Shown here: positions 24,386 to 39,500 of the stretch, in pieces
How positions within the stretch are numbered: position 1 is the first letter of the stretch
How the letters are laid out: each line of letters begins with the position of its first letter
NCBI RefSeq assembly: GCF_964204645.1
Contig: NC_134025.1
Coordinates: forward strand, 30,732,299-30,796,298
DNA: 64,000 bases
DNA from: Tubulanus polymorphus
Taxonomy: Eukaryota; Animalia; Nemertea
Direction of reading: 5' to 3'
Notes under the pieces: generated by a model
Databases searched by the model: none
Told to the model about the DNA's origin: nothing
The model's input: the letters and a program-made list of their open reading frames with translations, nothing else
Made by a program: the position numbers and the translations under genes

Positions 24386-27300
24386 ATGTCGTCGATGAAG
24401 AGATTAACGACTGTCCCGTGTCCGAGTCGCCGTCTGAGGAATAAAACAGGTCGAACTCTCGCGCAACAGCTCAGTTTCAGCGCTAGTGATTCAGATTGCG
24501 AGGAGAATGAATCTACCGGAATCAGAGCCAGCTGCGGCATGCGAGGAGGTGTCGAATCTGAACTACCCACAGGTATATTGAATAGAATGGTTAGACCGTG
24601 GGGTGATTCAGCGGAATCCGATAGCGATTCAACATCGCCCGTTAAAACTCCGTTTAAATCTTTGAAATACGCGGCGCTTTTTCGAACGGCGTCGTCGACC
24701 AACAACAATAACGATTCATCGTCGGTCACCGTGGCGTCCAGTCGCATGACGACGCGTTCTCGTAGTAAAATGTTAGCGGCGAATTTCACAACGGATGCGA
24801 TGATGATTACAGAGGAGGATTCCGATGTGGGCGACGAGGCTGAGGACGACGATATCGCGGGAGAGAAACCGCGCCCGTCGTGGACCCCGCCCCATAAACG
24901 TCTACGAGCTTTAAAACTGTTCGATACGCCTCACACGCCGAAGAGTTTATTAGAACGATCGAGGAGTCTTCGTTTATCGGAATCTAAACCGTCGTCGAGT
25001 CCGACGGCTTTATTCCCGGTTACCGGCGGCGGAGAGAAGGATCGGACTGTAACCACCGGCGATAAGAAACCAGAAGATCGGCTTCAAGCTAATATTAATC
25101 CGTTTACACCTGATAATAATTCAAATACAGGTTTAAAACGACCCCGACATACCAGCGGGTAAGTGTCACCTATATTAATCACAACTCTTTATTATCTTTT
25201 TCTCGTATTAATCAAGATTCTGTTTTCAGTTAGGTTAGAATTGGTTCTTTTGCAATGATTCAGTTCACAGCGCGTCGAATTTTGATTTTAGAATTGGATC
25301 CAGTATACAAAGTGACAATTAGAATTTTATTATTATGATCAAAGTATCAACTGGTTTATCTTGAATCACGTTTTCAAAGCTGCTACAACCTAAGGTTAAA
25401 TTGTATTTATTGAACACAGTAACAGGAATTGATAGATGAATGTTTGAATTTTTAGATGGGGAAGTTTTTTAGAAGATTCCACTGATGAAGATATCGACGT
25501 CGACATGCCGAGTAACAAAGTAAGACATAGTGATCATCTGAATCCGGTTCCACGGATCTGGTTCTTACTGAACCCACTTTCCAATGGGTCCGCCTAAAAA
25601 CCGATTTATGAAGTGGAATTGAACCCATTTCCCATTAAAAATTGATTTATGATCCTAAAAATATGGAATATTTAAACTTTTCAGAAAATTGCTCTAAGGG
25701 AAATAAATACGTCAAGATACAATGAAGAATTCTATGAAGTTTGTAAATTGGGAGACGGTGAATTCGGAAGTGTTTATAAATGTGTCAATAGATTAGATGG
25801 ATGTATTTACGCTATCAAGAAATCTAAAGCTCCAGTAGCTGGAAGTGTTTATGAGTAAGTTATTCATAACCTTTTAAATAATACCTGTGATGCCTAGAAT
25901 GTACTTTTTGTACGTTCCTTCTAGAAAAATGTTTGATTCATTTTAACAATGAAAGAAATGATCTGTGCTCTTTATCTTACAAGTAATTCATAAGATCAAA
26001 AATTCATAAAGACTAGTCTTTATGAATTTTTGATAAGAATTATAATCAATAAATAACACCTCTCTGATGCCTGTGTACTTAGTGAACCCTTCCAAAAAAA
26101 ACCCTTATGACTAAAAATGTTTGATTCATTGTTTCACTAAGCTTTCATTGAAACAAATAATCTGCGTCTTCATCTAATCCTATCAATCTGATGAATTCAA
26201 CGCTCTTTATCTTAAGATGTAATCGTTTAACCGAATTGCATGTTGATATGATATCAATAATCTTCATTATTATGACTGTAAACTTACAATGAATAGTTTA
26301 CAGAATATCCGCATAGAAACTCTTAAACAAACTGTTACTGATAATCTCTTAATAATTGTGATAATCTCTGATATAATATTCATGAAGTTGTTTGTATGAA
26401 TATTTCAGGCGTAACGCAGTGAATGAAGTTTACGCTCACGCTGTATTAGGTAAACATCCTCATGTCGTTAGATATTACTCCGCGTGGGCTGAAAATGATT
26501 ATATGTTTATTCAGAATGAATATTGTAATGGTAAGTACTGAATACTTTTATTCCTGTATTTAGAGCAGATAAACTTATTCAATGAACGCCAAAGACCAAT
26601 CCCCTTTTCTTTGTTATCACCCAGTGACTATTTCTGTTTGAATTCAAGGTAACCCGAGATAACCTTACGATCAATTTAGACCCATCCCCTCAGTCTATAT
26701 ATAGGTCTATGAGTTGATGAATAGAAGACCCATCCTTTTGCTTTATTTCAAATTCACAGATCTATTGCTCCTGTGATCTAAAACAGTTTCTTGTTGGCGA
26801 GTAATGATTGAATTCTACATTTTTAGCTGTCAAATTATTATTGACAACATTACGAATGTCGTAAAAGTGTAATTGTATGACGAACTTGATGAATACAGAT
26901 TGAATATGAAATGAAAAGTTTTTAACCCACTGAAATTGAAGTTTCAATTTAACTATTAAACATGAAATTAACTCAGGTTAATTAGGGATGGAGCATTACT
27001 TTGTATCTGTTGTTATTATGAAAATGTTCATAATAATTTCTAGGTGGAAGTTTAGCCGATATAATCGCGGAGAATTATCGAGAAAATCATCATTTTACGG
27101 AAGCAGAATTGTATCAGTTGTTGCTGCAACTTTCTCATGGATTGAAATATATTCATTCACAGAATCTTGTTCACTTAGACTTAAAACCAGGTAATTGTTA
27201 TTTCCAATCCATTTCAGTCGAATATTTGAATAATTGGGTGGATTGTTGGATTATCTTGGAGGGCAGATAATGGAGGGTTGTGGACACTGAACATAGTTTA

Positions 27301-28971
27301 AATTGCCACCGTAATTAAACTGACAGGATAATTGAATAAAATGATGTATTTTGAGGTTAAACTGTTATGTTTTATAAAATGTTACAGGGAATATATTCAT
27401 ACATAGAACAGAAAAGATCACGAATTCCCCGGAGAATATCGCCGATCAAACTGAACAGACTGTTGACGAAGAAGATGAACCTCCAATATTTTATAAAATC
27501 GGTAATTATCTAAGTTATTCATTTCTCTTGCTGTTATTACCAGTAATGTGATGACAAAAGCCTCTTGCACAACTTACCGATAGTATAAGGTTGGATTGAT
27601 TCTGATTGAAGTTTTGTTCTAATTTGCAGGTGATTTAGGTCACGTTACGTCTGCTAGTAACCCGTGTGTAGAGGAAGGAGATTGTAGATATTTACCGAAT
27701 GAAATTCTACAAGATGATTTCACTCATCTACAGAAAGCCGATATATTCTCGCTGGGATTGACGATATTCGTCGCAGCTGGTGGCGGTGAACTGCCGAAAA
27801 ATGGACAAGAATGGCACGCTATCAGACGAGGCGAATTACCAAACCTTAACAACTGTTCTAAACAATTCAATGACTTACTGAAGGTTCGTTTCTTTATATT
27901 CTGAAACCATGAGCTCAGTTTTAGTCTCGACTTCAAGTCAGTTCATAAGACTGGTATTATGTTGTTAGATTAGGTACAAAATCAAAATGAGCTAGACTGG
28001 TTTTAAAGATGTTAGATTGATTTTAGAAACAACTTAGCTTATACTGGTTTTTTAAGTTGTTAGATTGGCTAAAGAACTACAATGGTCTTCAATTTAATTC
28101 TTGTTATAAACTGTTCTTAAAGCCTTGTTTGTGTGTAACTGACTAGAATTGTTCTCTTTCTAATTGATTGATGTGTTTAATTTTGAACAGAGTATGATAG
28201 ATTCCGATGCAACCAAGCGATTATCGGCGAGTCAATTAACACAACACTCGCTACTGAGACCGGGTGGAGCTAAATCGCGAGCGCAATTACGCAAAGAATT
28301 GAATGAAGAACGATTCAAAAATGAAGTTTTATCCAGGTAAGATTTTACAAAAACCAGTCACTCGGGAATCTCTCAGTCCCACAGGAATCTCTCAGTCCCA
28401 CAGGAATCTCTCAGTCCCACAGGAATCTCTCAGTCACTCAGGAATCTCTCAGTCCAACAGGGAGGTTTAACTCAAATTAGAATTAATTCTATAGATTTCC
28501 AAATCTATCCTATAAGTATATCAGTAATTTAAATGTCAGGAATCTCTCAGTCCAACAGGGAGGTTTAACTCAAATTAGAATTAATTCTATAGATTTCCAA
28601 ATCTATCCTATAAGTATATCAGTAATTTAAATGTCAGGAATCTCTCAGTCCAACAGGGAGGTTTAACTCAAATTAGAATTAATTCTATAGTTTTCCAAAT
28701 CTATCCTATAAGTATATCAGTAATTTAAATGTTATTGTTCTTAGTGAAATTCAGTCCAGTTTTAGAGGTCGAAGATTTAGTATTCTCTTGTTTTTGATCA
28801 CGCGCTAATCAAATTCTTATCGATTTCAGGCAATTAAGGGAAGCGACTTTATATCAAATGGATCAACAACAGAAGTTCCGACAACCGAATCAGTTGGCAT
28901 CGAGTAACAACAAGAACTCGCGACTAGTCGGTCGTAAAACAATGCGGAGTATGAGTTTAACAGCGTTCTAA
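24386..28971 (+). CDS. WEE1: Wee1-like protein kinase
   Basis: Exon 1 has the Wee box [20 protein letters not shown] and ANINPFTP. Kinase motifs [51 protein letters not shown] and EEGDCRYL. Ends [16 protein letters not shown]. Nine exons. Confidence 0.97.
28365..28732. repeat. Nested tandem repeats (19-bp x ~5, then 98-bp x 3) in the last WEE1 intron
   Basis: ggaatctctcagtcc(c/a)aca units, then a 98-bp unit that begins with the same motif. Confidence 0.9.
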
Positions 28972-30276
28972 TATCAGCAGCCCCGGAGCTGAGTAGTGTT
29001 GCTGATGTGAGTGACCGGTAACGCTGCGCTCTAGTTCGTTGTGTTGTTGTTACTTTTTCAAAATGGTGCAAAAATCGAATGTGTATAAAAAATAATGTGT
29101 TGATAAATTGTTAATAGTTTTGTTAATTGATAAAATATCGCTATGTTTCATTTCAGCCCCGCCGATTTTAATCATGAAATTTATAATATGTTCAATACTT
29201 AAAAAACATGTGAATCTTGTACAGAATTGAAATTTCAGTCCTTATCTCGCTGAATGTGTCAAAAATATAACTGATTTCATCCTGTAAATTGTGTAACTCT
29301 GTAACAGTTGTTGTATAGTGTAAGGAGATGTGATTGTTACGGTTTAATGTGCTAACATTACACGTCTGATTCATAGTGAACAACGCGTTGTGTTGTATAT
29401 TTTGTATGGCCAGTTGTAGCTTCGCTTAACTAACTATGCAGAAACTTTTTTTTTTTAACTGTGATTTAATACGACTTAATTATTGTTTTTAGAGCTGAAT
29501 GCTGTATTGAACGAGTAATTGTCTTCAAAAATTAAACGCTTCCAAGCTGTGAGGTTTTCGTAATATTTTATTTTAAAACTTAAGTCTGCGGATTTTAACT
29601 GTTTTTAAGTCTACACTTTGCTGAAACTTGTATTTCTAAATTTGATTGCATTTAGAATCTTTTATGCCACTTAAAATTGATATAAACTTTTAATCTTCTA
29701 TTTTAGCGGACTATTTTAATTATATTTTAGGTAATGCGTTGTTCTGGAGATTGTTCCTATTTTTCTCATTTGCTTATATAAATATGATGTGTATATTGTA
29801 ATGCTTTTGTGATTTATGTAATAAAGGATTCAAATAATGATAGTAAATTTTTGTGTTAGTTTTAATGTTGTGGTCTTTCAGAGGATGTGACTGGTTTTTG
29901 TGAATCTATGATTGAGTTCTCATCTTAGTGAAACTATTTCAATTCTCTAACTCAATATGGCTGGATATTCAACAAATGGCAAATTTACTTAGGCTAGTAT
30001 GAATATTTTGTTGTTTGCCTTGTTCACAAATCGCTTGAGAGTGCCTGTAAAATTGAAAGTCGAATCCGGCAATTAGCTGGATATAGGATTCTAACCCACT
30101 TCAGGGGCCATGCTTGCATAAGAATGTTCTGATTTTGAAATAAAGAACAATAGTGTATTTTCAGCACTTAATGAGCGATGAAGGAGAGCTATGTTAAACA
30201 CTATAACAACACATTAGCAGTATTAGATGCGAGCTTTTATTCTGTTTGCTTAACGATTACTTTGAAGTAGAATTCT

Positions 30277-32046
<1,770 letters not shown>

Positions 32047-33580
32047 TTTGATTCTCTGGACGTCGACAACACATACTTCGTACTTTCACGAATAAAAGTA
32101 GATATTTTTCTGTCTCGGAATTGTCATTTTTTATTTCAGCATAAAACCTCAAAGTGCCATCTAGAGTTAGAACAGAAAATCAGCAATAATAGTTAATTTG
32201 AATTGCTTACGAGAACGGTTTTTGTTGATAATTAGTATAGTTATCAATTCAATTCATAATTAATTTGATGGATCTGAATGCTTGGCGCGTTCATCTTGAC
32301 TTCCTTCAGAACGTGTCATTGATCGAGTTCAACATTTGATAGAAAGAAGAGCTGGTTGTGGTATTGGATTTTATTTTGGGTAGAAAACTGCTGTAAAATC
32401 GATGGGATTGGACGTGAAGTTCAGACTGGTAAGTCCGATATATGTGTTCTCAGAGTCAGTCAGTCAGTGTTCTATTCCATTTCAGATTATCTAACATTTT
32501 ATAAAACTGGTTAGTAGAGAATTCCTTTTCAAAAACCAGATTAAAAAAGTAAACAACTCTCGGGCAAAAAAACCAACTCCTCATTCTCTACTCCTCGTCC
32601 TAAAGAAGAAAGTCATCATCGTCCTCACAAGTCTCTGTATAGTGTTGATGTTATCTGTTTTTGCTGTATTGTGAAAGCTGTTGTGAAACTCAGTGAATCC
32701 CATTGTTCTCTCGATAAGTCCTCATTTACAGACAGATACGTGACCTACTGATGATAGAATAGTCAAGTGTTTAAACACCTGTTTGATGATTTTTCCATTA
32801 TGTTGCTGGCAATAACCGCTATTGCTGTTGTTTTAATGTTGTCCCCATTATAGTTCTTCCGCAAGTTTGTTCTTTTGACGCATGGTTATTTTTACACTAC
32901 CTATAATTACATAGTGTAAATAACCCTAGTTTTTTACCTAATCGTTGGTGGTAAGCTTTTATAATCGAATGTGAATATATTATACTAATGTGGTTTGTGA
33001 AAATATACGATCGTGAAACTAAAACACAAACAGGTAACTGACTAAATTTAGAATAACCCAATTACTTGCTTGAAAGCAAGTAAGAGAGAGGGAGGAGGAG
33101 GATTGGAGGAGACTGAGAGGGAAAGAGAGACAAGAGATGGATAGAGTAGGGGTGGATCCAGGGCCCTATATCGAGGGGGCTCCCAATTGTATAAGGGCAC
33201 TCACTATTATCATATGGAGAGGGCACTTTCTATATCAAATCACGGCGAAAAAGGTCACTTAATGTCAACTTGTGATTTTCAGGGGCACTTACTACTTAAT
33301 ACCAAATCATGCAAAATGAGGCCACTTTTACATCAAATCCATAGATTTAGGGGCATCTCCAAGGGGCAAAGACAAAGCTCAATGGTATTCCAGAACGCCC
33401 CCCCCCCCACACCCCCCTCCCCCCCCCCCCGGCTCGGTCCTGGAGAGGGGAGAGAGTTGAGCAAGGAGAGGGAGTTAAGTGGAAAGATGGAGAATGAACA
33501 GGGAGAGGGTTTATAAAGACAGGTGGAAACTAATGATGAATCGAATGAAATCTGTTTTATTTACAGATGTTTTTAGAAGT

Positions 33581-36500
33581 ATGATGAAATATTCTGCGAA
33601 TCTGGTGCCTTTTATTCAGGGCCGTGAACTTGGACACTCACATCGATTTATGAATAAAAATGCCGGCAAAAATATAGCAGATCAAAAGGCGTCGAAACCA
33701 GTTATAAATAAGGTTAGTATTTTTTAGATCTATATTTTAATTATTCAATTTTAATGAATAGATTTGATTTGATGAATCGTAATTTTTTTTCAGTGCTGTC
33801 AGTTGTCAGGACAAACAAGATCTACGTTTATTCTGAGTATGAGCCATGATGGGTGAGTATTTGATTTTTGAACTGATTTACACAGTATTTGTAACTACTT
33901 ATACATGTGAGAAATACTGATTTGATTTGTTTGATGCATAGTTTAGAATTTATGTGAACGGTGTTCCTGAGATCTTACCCTGGCCTTTTGCTGACTTGAT
34001 TGTTGGTCTTACCCCCCTTGATAACTGATTAATTTTTAAACAGAAATATGGAAGGTTTACTGAGGGTCTTACTGTTGATTACTGATTAATCTGAGAAGAA
34101 ATATGAAAGTTGCGTCTGTGTGGTCTTGCTCCACTTGATAACTGATTAATTTAAACAGAAATATGAAAGTTGTTACTACCTTGTTGGTTGCGAGTGTTTA
34201 TAAATTGTATTGTTTTTGAAGGTCGAGAATTATTTCAACTCATGGAGATCACACTGTTCGAGTTACTGATGCTGTTACTGGACGTTGTATTCATGTTCTT
34301 TCTGGTCATCCTAGAACTCCATGGACAGCTACTTTCCATCCTTCCTCTAATACGTTACTTGCTTCTGGGTGTTTAGATGGTGACGTTAGAATTTGGGATT
34401 TAAAGGTAATTTATTTATCAGTTTCACGGAGAGGAGACTCACTCTAACATAGATCCAGTTACATGAAAAAATTTATATTTCTTTAATTGATTTTATCTGT
34501 TCATTCATCAAACCTTTTTATGTCAAAATGATGGAATAGTTGTTACTTTAGTATTCATTTATCTTAACTTCAGTGTTTACATAACATGTATGAAGCGATA
34601 TAAAACTTTAACCGGCCCTTGGAGGCACTCTCCTGATTGGATAAACATGTCTGAATTATAGTTAATAGTCATTATCAAATAAAAAAAATCATCTCATTTA
34701 CCTGATGAAATTACTAAGCGGTGAAAGCTCTAATTTCAAATAAAATCAGTAATCAAACAAATAGTTTTCACATCTACTGAATTGAAACCACAGCTCCTTT
34801 ACGGTTCCTCCTTGTCGTTTTTAAAGGGTCACGGAAGTGAAACATGGAAATCACCGAAAAGAAAAACGATTGCTTCGTTAGCTTTTCATCCGACTGAACA
34901 GATGTTAGTTATAGCTACGAGTAATAAGATTTATTTCTGGGATTGGAGTCAACCTCAACCGTTCGCTTCGTCGGAAACTAATAATGAATATGAGAAAGTC
35001 AGGTAAAAATCATCAAGAGTTTATATACTTTTAATATTCTTTTCATAGATTTCTATTTATGAATAATGCTTAATCCGAGTCAGTTGAAAAATAATGCACG
35101 TATTCTTGTGCCTATCTTATGGAGGGCTTTTGAAGGTGACATATATTTGAACTTTGATTTGAGTTAGAGTAATTATTGGTTATCATGAGAATATTGTGAG
35201 AATTCTTGATTTTTTTTCAGATGGGTGAAATTTGATCCGTTTGGACATTTTTTGTTCACCGGAGTTACGAACTGTGCTTCTAGAGAAGAGGCTAGGGTTG
35301 AGTAAGTATCGTTTGACATCAGTTAATTCTATATAGTTTGAATAAAACTAAGCCAGCAGACATGCATATACTGTTGTTTAATAGTTTCTGTGAAATGTCA
35401 CGTACATTGTTATAATTGCCTATGGCTAAATGTTTTGTTTCCGTCACTCAGTCATTTGTGTCGTCATTTAAATATCAAACATTTGATGGCAGTTCTATTA
35501 ATAGCGAGCTATACGCAGACATGTATAATGCTCGAGCAACAGCTTTTAGTATACATGCCTGTCTGTCGTGGTGAAAAATAAAAAGTTTATTCTTCTTAAA
35601 TTATCATAAGAAATGGCTGGAACTTTTTTTTGTCTCAGTGATCTTGCCAATGAATTACTGATGGTAATTTGTACATTCCAGCAGCATTCCGCAGCAATCT
35701 ATGATATTTTCCTGTGAAGTGATATTTCCCATTTACGCCCTGTTCTAGTATTTCATAAACAAATCTTTCTATGAATGAACCTGTTGTAATTATAGGCACC
35801 AGTCACCAGTGTGGGGTTCGAGTAGTACGACCAGTCAAATGGAACAGATTCACTTACGGAGACGTTACTTAGACGTTATGGATCGTTATAGTAATTTCTT
35901 ACGCGATCGCGAGAGACTTTTACAAGAGAATCCGTTAATACACGATACAAGGATCGCGGAGAATGAGAGTGAAGAGACCGCGGCTAACGTTGATCCAGGT
36001 TAGTGTGCACCGAGTTCTACAGTTGTGAGTGAAGATCTGGGAGTTAACTCTCAACTCACTACTGTAGAACTGCTTCCGAGAGGGTATCTAGGATTTTAGA
36101 AGGCTGGGACTGATGTTATAAGCTGATATTATCCATCTTTAACCCGGGGCTGGTTTCATTTCAAGAAGGGTTGGGTTCACTATGAATGAGAGAGGAGGCA
36201 AGAGTGTGAGGCAAGTGACGCAAAATGAGAGGTTTTGAAATCTAAGATGCAATCTGAACTTCGCATTTAACTCATATATAAAATATCTTTTATTTTACGC
36301 AGATTGATGATGATAGATTGATATGTTTTGTATTTTCAGGCGCTGTTGAAGAGGGAACCGATGAAGCTGATGAATCAGCAATAGCCGATATAGATATAAT
36401 AGAACCTCGCTCTCCGGCTCAGCTAGACGCGTTAGACAGCGCTCGTTTATACGCCGCTAATGTATCACAACACGTCAGTCGTATGATACAAAATACACGT

Positions 36501-39500
36501 GATTACACAGCTCAGATACATCAGAGCATCCGTTCGTCTGATACACGTACCGCATCTAGCACCACGCAGGGTACTAACAGTACCGTTACCGTAACAGCGT
36601 CCGATCGCCAGTCGCATTCTCGTTTAATATTCGGAACTACGAGTTCAATAATCAGACAACGTAACGCACGGTTACACGCGAACACTACACATACTGTATT
36701 AACTAACTCTAGTCAATCAACTTCGTACGGTAGTCAACAGAGTACCGGTAATCAGAACACTGGTGGTAATCAGAATACCAGTCACAGTACTAGTGGTAAT
36801 CCACCTAGTAATCATAATACTAGTACTGGCAATCAAAATCCACAGAACACTGGTAATCAGTCTAGTAATTATACTACTGGAAGTATCAGTGATCGCGATA
36901 CTGGTAATCAAGGCAATAATCAACAGATGACTGATGGTAATCAACAGACGGCTGATGGTAATCAAATGAGTAATCGGGATGGTGAAACCGAAAACAGGAA
37001 TATTGATTTAGGTCTCGGTTTAGAGAATAACGGAATAGCCAGTGAATTAATACGAGATCATTTATCGTCAATTGGTGCTAGAAATACTGAACCCAATCAA
37101 CGTTCTAGATCTGAAATGAACTTGAACTCGATTCGTAACGTTCAACGTTCATTGTTGCGTTCGCGACTTTTACGCGACGAGTTGCACAATTCATGCCGAA
37201 TGTGGTCTCAAGGTCGCGATTCAGCCATCGCCGGGGGCAACAGAGAACAATCGAGTTTTCGGCCGTGGAGGAGTCGGCCGCCGTATGGCCGAGCGGAAAT
37301 GAGACAGAATTTATGGAGATTGACTCCCGATGAAACTCCGGACAGGAATAACTGCTGCGATTATTGCGGATTTTTGTACAATTCGACGCAGCGTAACTGT
37401 CCGAATCATCGGCGTAAAAGAGTTCACAGCGCGAGTGAAACGATGAGTCATCACGGTACGCAGACACGCAGATCAGTCGTACCAACAGATGAACAAATAT
37501 CACACATAGAAACAAGACGTCTCGATAAAACACAAACTAAAACGGCGAGATGTGAGAAAGTGCGACAGTGGTTAGCGGCGAATCAGACTGAATCTCAACT
37601 CGTATCAACATCTACCGGTCAAATTACCGTTAATAATCAGCCAATCGCTGGTCCGTCTAATTCGAGTCAGCCAATCGCTGGTCCTTCTAATTCGAGTCAG
37701 CCAATCGCTGGTCCTTCTAATTCGAGTCAGCCAATCGCTGGACCTTCTAATTCGAATCAGCCAATCGCTGGTCCTTCTAATTCGAGTCAGCCAATCGCTG
37801 GACCTTCTAATTCGAATCAGCCAATCGCTGGTCCTTCTAATTCGAGTCAGCCAATCGCTGGACCTTCTAATTCGAATCAGCCAATCGCTGGTCCTTCTAA
37901 TTCGAGTCAGCCAATCGCTGGTCCTTCTAATTCGAGTCAGCCAATCGCTGGACCTTCTAAATCGAATCAGCCAATCGCTGGTCCTTCTAATTCGAGTCAG
38001 CCAATCGCTGGACCTTCTAATTCGAGTCAGCCAATCGCTGGTCCTACTAATTCGAGTCAGCCAATCGCTGGTCCTTCTAAATCGAGTCAGCCAATCGCTG
38101 GTCCTTCTGGCTCGGCTCCAAAACGACGACGTTTGGCTTTAATGACTGAAATTTTGACTCGTGATTCTGATTCCGATTCTGATATTCAATCAATACCAGA
38201 CAAACCTAAACCATCTCAAACCGGGATGGAAGAGAGCGGCGCAGAAAACAGCTCTAAAAAAGGGAAAAAACTAGTGAAATCTGAAGATAAGAATCCTTTA
38301 CTTCATTCGATGTTACTAAATTCACCTCCTCATTCACCGAAAACATTCATCAAACAACAACAGCGTGAAGTAATACGCGAATTCGAGACTAATCGCGTAC
38401 GTTCGGGTAATGAATCGAGTGATCACATCACGTCACCATCGGAGACATTCATTCCAGAGTCACCTCCACTTTTATCTGACGAACCACCGACGAATAGAGA
38501 CACGTTCCGTCCGATCGGACGCGAGTCGAATTACCGCGCGAATTATTCAAATCGCTTACCAACAATGCAGCCCGATTCAGGTCGCGTAGCATCGAGAGAT
38601 TTTGATCGTCTGCCCGCAGCGAATCGGTTAAACTTCGATCGGTCATCGGCGACGATGAATTTCGATTTTTCTGCGAATTCAATTTCTACGTCGTCGGGGG
38701 CGACGAACGGAACGACGTCTGCAGCGTCGGTTTCACGTAGTACTCAACAGCGAGATCGAGTCATTCAAATGCTTCATCGCAGTCGAAGAGAAAGGATTCA
38801 ACGATTGTTAGAACGATCGGATCGCGCGTCTGCTCGTGATTCGTCGCTAGGTAACGGCGCGTCTGCTCGAGAGTCGTTCAGAGAACCGATGAGAGTCCGT
38901 AGAGTCGACTCTCTCCGCTCGCGACAGTTTAATCTCGATCGGTTGCGATTACAATTACCGCCTCACGGGATTCCAGATATTCAAATAACGGCTCCTACTG
39001 ATTCGCCACCGGAGGTTCTAGGTAAATATATGATTCTATTCCCACACACCTTCCTCGTCCCTAACAGATAAAACAGTTACGATTTCAAGTTTTTTTTCTC
39101 GTTCACAGAAGCGTTTGAAGTCAGAAGAAGAGAACTTTTAGAACTGAATCAACGGTTAGTAAATATTTCACCTAAATATTCCTCCTTGAAAACTGTTCAA
39201 ATTGAAGAATATTTTCCCAAGCCTCCGATCTCTTCAAGATTTAAGAAATTACTCGACCCAATTTTACCCACTTGTATCAAAGTTACCCATAGGGGTAAAT
39301 CCTCAACCACCATGGTTACAATGAGAAACCGTGGTGATAACTGACAAATTTCAAAACTCATGTCTACGAATGTTGGCCCTTCTTAAATTGTAATACGATG
39401 TGTATTATTTTTGTAGAGTTCCGTTGTTACCGCGGGAAGAGCGCACATTACAACGTTTACAAAGACATTTATTACATCCTCATTACGCAGTCAGCATATT

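Noticed and set aside
24364-24789. 141-aa antisense ORF over WEE1 exon 1
   Set aside because: Shadow ORF of a GC-richer coding exon with no recognisable motif.
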